The notes beneath the pieces were generated by a model, which was not told where the DNA came from, searched no databases, and saw nothing but the letters and a program-made list of their open reading frames with translations. From assembly GCF_037042905.1 (NCBI RefSeq), contig NC_087246.1, positions 7,256,001 through 7,320,000 of the forward strand: a stretch of DNA of 64,000 nt, in the 5' to 3' direction. The position numbers and the translations under genes were made by a program. Positions 61,301 to 64,000 of this stretch are shown here, piece after piece; the first letter of the stretch is position 1, and each line of letters begins with the position of its first letter. The stretch comes from Lytechinus pictus. Lineage: Eukaryota.

Positions 61301-63112
61301 AGTATCAATTACGTTCCCTTTCTAAACTAGGAAGTAGAGGATTAAAGCACTATATAAATTAATATTTTTGGATGGAAATGAAAGTAATACATCAGTTTCC
61401 ATGTTTATTGATAAGTATGATGTAAATATGTGTTTCTAAAATAAATTTGTATAACAAAACCAATTCATCATGCAGTGAATGTACACCTATTTTCTTTCTT
61501 TGAATGATTTGAATGCTGAAAAGACACCTTTTCAAAAAGGAGCGATCAAAGCACAATCAACTGTATTTTTTATATCACATTTTCTTCACAATAATTAAGT
61601 CAAATTTCTATTTAGGTGATCTGCGATTCGAAAAATTTGTCTTTCATTATTAATTATGGATTATTATGGCAATGAACATACCCATGCCCTTGATATAAAA
61701 AAAAAAAACTTCATCATTTATCTATACTGTTCATACTGATTACTGATGTGCTGTAATTTAGACTTGAGATCCATGCAGTGGTGGATATTTTAGATAAAAC
61801 ATGGATATTTTAGTTAAAACATTTTTTTTCTGGTTGGCTTTGAGTGACTACCGGTAGGGGAAGGTGGGTAAGTTGAGCATAGGGGCAAGTTGAGCCACCA
61901 CCCCCAGGCCAATAATGAATCAGTCAGACATTATGGCGGTGTCATGTATTGATGACCCATTACATAACCCTTAACCCCACCACATTGTTTTCAACCTAGA
62001 AACAAAAAGTACTTTTTTAGAGGGAAAAATACAAATTTCAGCCAAAAAAGTAAAAAAGGGTGTGAAATAGATAAGTGTTTTTTACACACTCACGTCTTTA
62101 CATATAAAAAGACATAAGAACAACATTGTCAGTCCAGGTATGGATCTTCATTCTTGTCACAATCTTTTACATGATGGATGCATAAGAAATGTGTGGATGC
62201 GAAATTATCGCATTAAGTTCGGACTGGGGTAAATTGAGCCAGCCAACATGGGGCAAGTTGAGCCATGGTAATTCTTATGGTAATGTAAATAAAAAAACAA
62301 TCAAACCTTAAAAAGCCATCGATATGCAGGCAGATAAGAGCAAATTCACATGACGGTTCTTTTACTTTTAGAGAATGTTAGTATTTATAGAGAATTAGCA
62401 AGTGAAAAGACTTTAAATAAAAAATTGACATGCTGGTTCTTCCCGCATACATTTTGTACATAGTTTTTGTGGCTCAACTTACCCTAGAAGGTGGCACAAC
62501 TTACCCCACAGATGGGGCAAGTTGTGCCACTTGACATCGTTTTTTTCAAAGGTCACAACGAATTTCAGTGTGGGGGTAGAACGTTGTATATAGGTGAAAA
62601 AGATTTCCCAAGAATCATATTTAAAGGCAAGGTACTTATTTCTACAATATTATTAGTCATATCAATTCTATCATGGAAAATGCAAAAAGTGTCACAACTT
62701 ACCCCGCCTTCCCCTACTCTTTTTAATAGGTAGGTATAACCTGTATGACCACCTGAGGGAGAAAATAATTTTTTTTGGATAAATATTTCAATGGAAAAAA
62801 TATTAAAGGAAACCAGTTTTGTGATCAGGTGGTCCTTCTATTTTATGATTCAGGAACTAGGTTGGTTATATATTTTGGGAAGAATGGTCACTTGTGACTT
62901 TTTATGAACATTTTTTTTTTTTTTTTTGTTTTTTGTTCTTTCATACCACCACAGATATTGTGAAGTTTGATAATAGTTTCAGCTGGGCTCGGAGCAAGAA
63001 ACTCTTTTACTGGATAGAACTTTTAGAGCCTGATATACAGAATGATGACCAACACGATGATGACGGCAATGATGACCAGGAAGATGATTTTGTGCAAGCA
63101 ATAGATGGCTGA
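40030..63112 (+). CDS. SEC14L2: SEC14-like protein (CRAL-TRIO_N + CRAL-TRIO + GOLD), gene B, complete, 12 coding exons, 409 aa: join(40030..40089,42846..42915,44772..44815,46075..46137,47361..47454,48099..48193,51369..51464,53487..53631,54741..54844,55876..56024,59351..59502,62955..63112)
   Basis: Manually spliced: all introns GT-AG, phases compatible, 1230 nt open frame ending in TGA. Family motifs: DYWLLRFLKARNFNLKKSESM, GYAKDGRPV, HLWKPG, YPELL, KPFLSEQTRKKI, LPKYWGG, GKVPKEWY and GOLD-type HDLGFG / PGTYIVKFDNSFSWARSKKL. The symbol is family-level (SEC14L2/3/4-like); one-to-one orthology is not established. Confidence 0.95.
41101..41238. repeat. Inverted repeat with ~30-bp arms
   Basis: ACAAATTGGACCCTCAAAAAAAGGAAAAGTT / AACTTTTCCCTTTTTTGAGGGTCCAGTTTGT. 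Confidence 0.7.
41683..41842. mobile_element. Tc1/mariner MITE
   Basis: TA|CAGTGCGTCC ... GGATGCACTG|TA. Confidence 0.8.
42358..42836 (+). mobile_element. tRNA-derived SINE with (ATT)n tail, interrupted by a small TIR element (~42490-42700)
   Basis: TGGTCTAGTGG A box, AGTTCAAATCC B box, CACTCAACCCAGGTG core, (TAT)n tail. Confidence 0.75.
42846..42915 (+). CDS. SEC14L2: Gene B exon 2 (FREKVSDVLQPYHNDYWLLRFLK)
   Basis: atcag| ... |gtaagt; 70 nt. Confidence 0.95.
43167..43280. mobile_element. hAT MITE, 8-bp TSD GGTAGGCC
   Basis: Perfect TIR CAGTGGCGGACCGTGACC / GGTCACGGTCCGCCACTG. Confidence 0.88.
43400..44285 (-). mobile_element. Possible PIF/Harbinger remnant (one end)
   Basis: Right end TGTGACAGGGCC|TTAA is Harbinger-like; GC-richer internal sequence; no left TIR found. 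Confidence 0.35.
44772..44815 (+). CDS. SEC14L2: Gene B exon 3 (ARNFNLKKSESMFRK)
   Basis: ttgcag| ... |gtatga; 44 nt. Confidence 0.95.
45171..45718. mobile_element. Kolobok-like non-autonomous element, TTAA TSD
   Basis: TTAA|AG...TCCACCC ... GGGTGGACTTGTCCT|TTAA. Confidence 0.75.
46075..46137 (+). CDS. SEC14L2: Gene B exon 4 (NVIWREENKVSQVCDEYIEPE)
   Basis: tcctag| ... |gtaatt; 63 nt. Confidence 0.93.
46330..46610 (-). mobile_element. Decayed tRNA-derived SINE
   Basis: Minus strand has a degenerate B box (TTTGAATCC) followed by a CCACACTTTACCACTCTCTACCC...AATGGGTACC core. Confidence 0.55.
47361..47454 (+). CDS. SEC14L2: Gene B exon 5 (VLQKYKSGGKLGYAKDGRPVFLDATGNVDFKG)
   Basis: atacag| ... 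|gtaatt; 94 nt. Confidence 0.95.
47522..47695. mobile_element. hAT6-like MITE, 6-bp TSD ATTAAA
   Basis: TIR CAGGGGTGTGAG / CTCACACCCCTG. Confidence 0.75.
48099..48193 (+). CDS. SEC14L2: Gene B exon 6 (LLHSVTVSDATKLYIKTLESLQRDVISQTEK)
   Basis: ttctag| ... |gtaaaa; 95 nt. Confidence 0.94.
50446..51244 (-). pseudogene. Decayed hAT-superfamily (CGGBP1-like) transposase fragment in gene B intron 6
   Basis: ORFs 50780..51391 and 50446..50778 give VVTDSAAY...PNSKHVPCLAHIINL (catalytic D and CxxH) and PPVPVSIQWNSWYNAVKYH (degenerate TRW motif). Frameshifted, with no N-terminus and no TIRs found. Confidence 0.8.
51369..51464 (+). CDS. SEC14L2: Gene B exon 7 (LKRQIDGIYYIVDLENLGRHHLWKPGVQFFTD)
   Basis: ttgcag| ... 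|gtaagt; 96 nt; HLWKP motif. Confidence 0.96.
51821..52629 (+). mobile_element. Helentron-associated (HINE/DINE-1/pearl-type) element with four ~130-bp tandem core units
   Basis: Inserted in a T-run; 5' GTCTCGCC...GGCGAGAC inverted repeat; GTCC microsatellite remnant; tandem cores; 3' GGCAAGAC...CTTGTT. Confidence 0.75.
52691..53455. mobile_element. TIR element, superfamily unassigned
   Basis: GGGCCATTCCA ... TGGAATGACCC; recurring GTAACACGAGTTA motif; ends 31 bp upstream of gene B exon 8. Confidence 0.55.
53487..53631 (+). CDS. SEC14L2: Gene B exon 8 (VTQLCEQQYPELLHKVVVVRAPRIFPLAYSIVKPFLSEQTRKKIVVYK)
   Basis: atacag| ... |gtaagt; 145 nt; YPE and TRKKI motifs. Confidence 0.97.
54741..54844 (+). 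CDS. SEC14L2: Gene B exon 9 (YDFEKALLDIIDGDILPKYWGGNMVEDGDPMCPKT)
   Basis: atttag| ... |gtaagg; 104 nt. Confidence 0.96.
55876..56024 (+). CDS. SEC14L2: Gene B exon 10 (VCLAGKVPKEWYMTGRDLNVEASQMTTKEIARGGTLQLTYNTSQCNSVLR)
   Basis: tttcag| ... |gtagac; 149 nt. Confidence 0.95.
56866..58943 (+). mobile_element. HINE-type element with tandem cores, interrupted by 57033-58115
   Basis: 5' TGTCTCGCCTGC...GCGAGAC; 3' GCAGGCGAGAC...CTTGTT; an inverted 5'-end fragment of the same family lies at about 18480-18560. Confidence 0.75.
57033..58115. mobile_element. hAT5-like non-autonomous element, 5-bp TSD ATTAC, nested in a Helentron-type element
   Basis: TIR CAGTCAGTCCGCAAGCCC / GGGCTTGCGGACTGACTG; empty-site unit ATCAAGTATTACTGAAC at about 58434-58450. 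Confidence 0.85.
59351..59502 (+). CDS. SEC14L2: Gene B exon 11 (YEFRTQEHDLGFGVKRLHDDDTKIPIVKTERHNCHLVPETGQLILEDPGT)
   Basis: tcttag| ... |gtaagt; 152 nt; GOLD domain; overlaps ORF 59295..59510. Confidence 0.96.
60600..61066. repeat. ~470-bp imperfect foldback palindrome
   Basis: TTCTTAGGAACAGGACTGTAT / ATACAGTCCCATTCCTAAGAA; centre TGAGTGAA-AGATCC-TTCACTCA. Confidence 0.8.
61857..62714. mobile_element. TA-targeting (pogo-like) non-autonomous element
   Basis: TA|GGGGAAGGTGGGTAAGTTG ... CAACTTACCCCGCCTTCCCC|TA; recurring internal GGGGCAAGTTGAGCCA motif. Confidence 0.8.
62955..63112 (+). CDS. SEC14L2: Gene B exon 12 (YIVKFDNSFSWARSKKLFYWIELLEPDIQNDDQHDDDGNDDQEDDFVQAIDG*)
   Basis: ccacag| acceptor; GOLD FDNSFSW motif; stop TGA at 63110-63112. 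Confidence 0.96.
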
Positions 63113-64000
63113 AAACTGCAATGATCACTAGTATTTTCATAGTGACTTTTCAGGGGGTATTTTATGTGCTGAAATCTTACAATGGTATTATTTATTTGTG
63201 GATTTTGCAACTGAACAACTGCAGAATTGTTCATTTTCTCCTTTACTCATGTATTATTTATGCTATTAGTATAAGACATTCATTATTTGTGTAAATGATT
63301 CATTATGTGTGTGAGTGATTAGGTATATGTATGTACATATATAATTTTGATTGTTTGGGATCATATTTAGAGAAAGCCAAGTGAATACTATGATTGTGTG
63401 TGAAGTATTAAGTACAAGTTCAATAAGATTCATACCTCGTCCTATATGCACTGTGCTATCTATGAGGAGATCTTTATTTTCTTATGATATGACCAACATA
63501 ATTCAGAGTGTTTAACACTCATATACAAAAGCTTATCATTTGTATAGATGAAAAAAAATGAAGAAAGTTAAATGAATTATATTTAATGGTCTAACTTGAT
63601 CAGTAAATTGATGAGAATAATATTTTTGATAGGTCTTAATACAAATGAATTTCACATATGATAATATGCATGAAAAAGGCTATGTAATAGCATACCAATG
63701 GCAAATGAAACACAAGGTGATAATGTTTTGTTGTTTGAGTTAATTGAAATGTGTATTGATTCTAGTTGCTTTACCAAGTGATTTTAACTTGTGCCATGAA
63801 CACTAATACTACATTTATCAGTACAGCAAAAAGGACTTGTCGAAAGAGGTTAGTCAATGTAAAGCTGGTTTATATTCAACCATATTCATGCATAGTGTAA
63901 TATTTTTAAATCAAATCTGCAGTGCAGTAGATTCTAAGAGAACTCATGAAAATTAGCATTTCTTCAATAGACATCAATGAAATTTGACAATCAAATGCAT

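Overview
AT-rich, intron- and repeat-rich animal genomic DNA. The repeat content suggests an echinoid (sea urchin); this is inference and was not verified. The window holds two SEC14-like (SEC14L2/3/4-type, CRAL-TRIO + GOLD) lipid-binding genes arranged head-to-head, with start codons 9.4 kb apart. Gene B (+ strand, 40030-63112) is complete: 12 GT-AG coding exons, 1230 nt, 409 aa. Gene A (- strand, ATG at 30635) has coding exons 1-10 here and continues off the left edge. Exons 1-10 have identical lengths in both genes (60,70,44,63,94,95,96,145,104,149 nt), and the proteins align without gaps at about 51% identity (hand count 155/306). Introns and the intergenic spacer are packed with non-autonomous DNA transposons, long foldback palindromes, tRNA-derived SINEs, minisatellites and one decayed CGGBP-type hAT transposase. 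Most ORF-track entries are spurious. Best leads: (1) an acidic FFAT-like C-terminal tail on gene B; (2) a poly(A)-tailed, TSD-flanked, 5'-inverted insertion made of tandem 290-bp tRNA-containing units; (3) elements with CC(G)n...(C)nGG ends and 7-bp target duplications; (4) an excess of TA-XY-Y'X'-TA octamers resembling transposon excision footprints; (5) repeat-borne nuclear-receptor DR1/DR5 motifs inside both genes. No wholly new multi-gene system can be demonstrated from the sequence alone.
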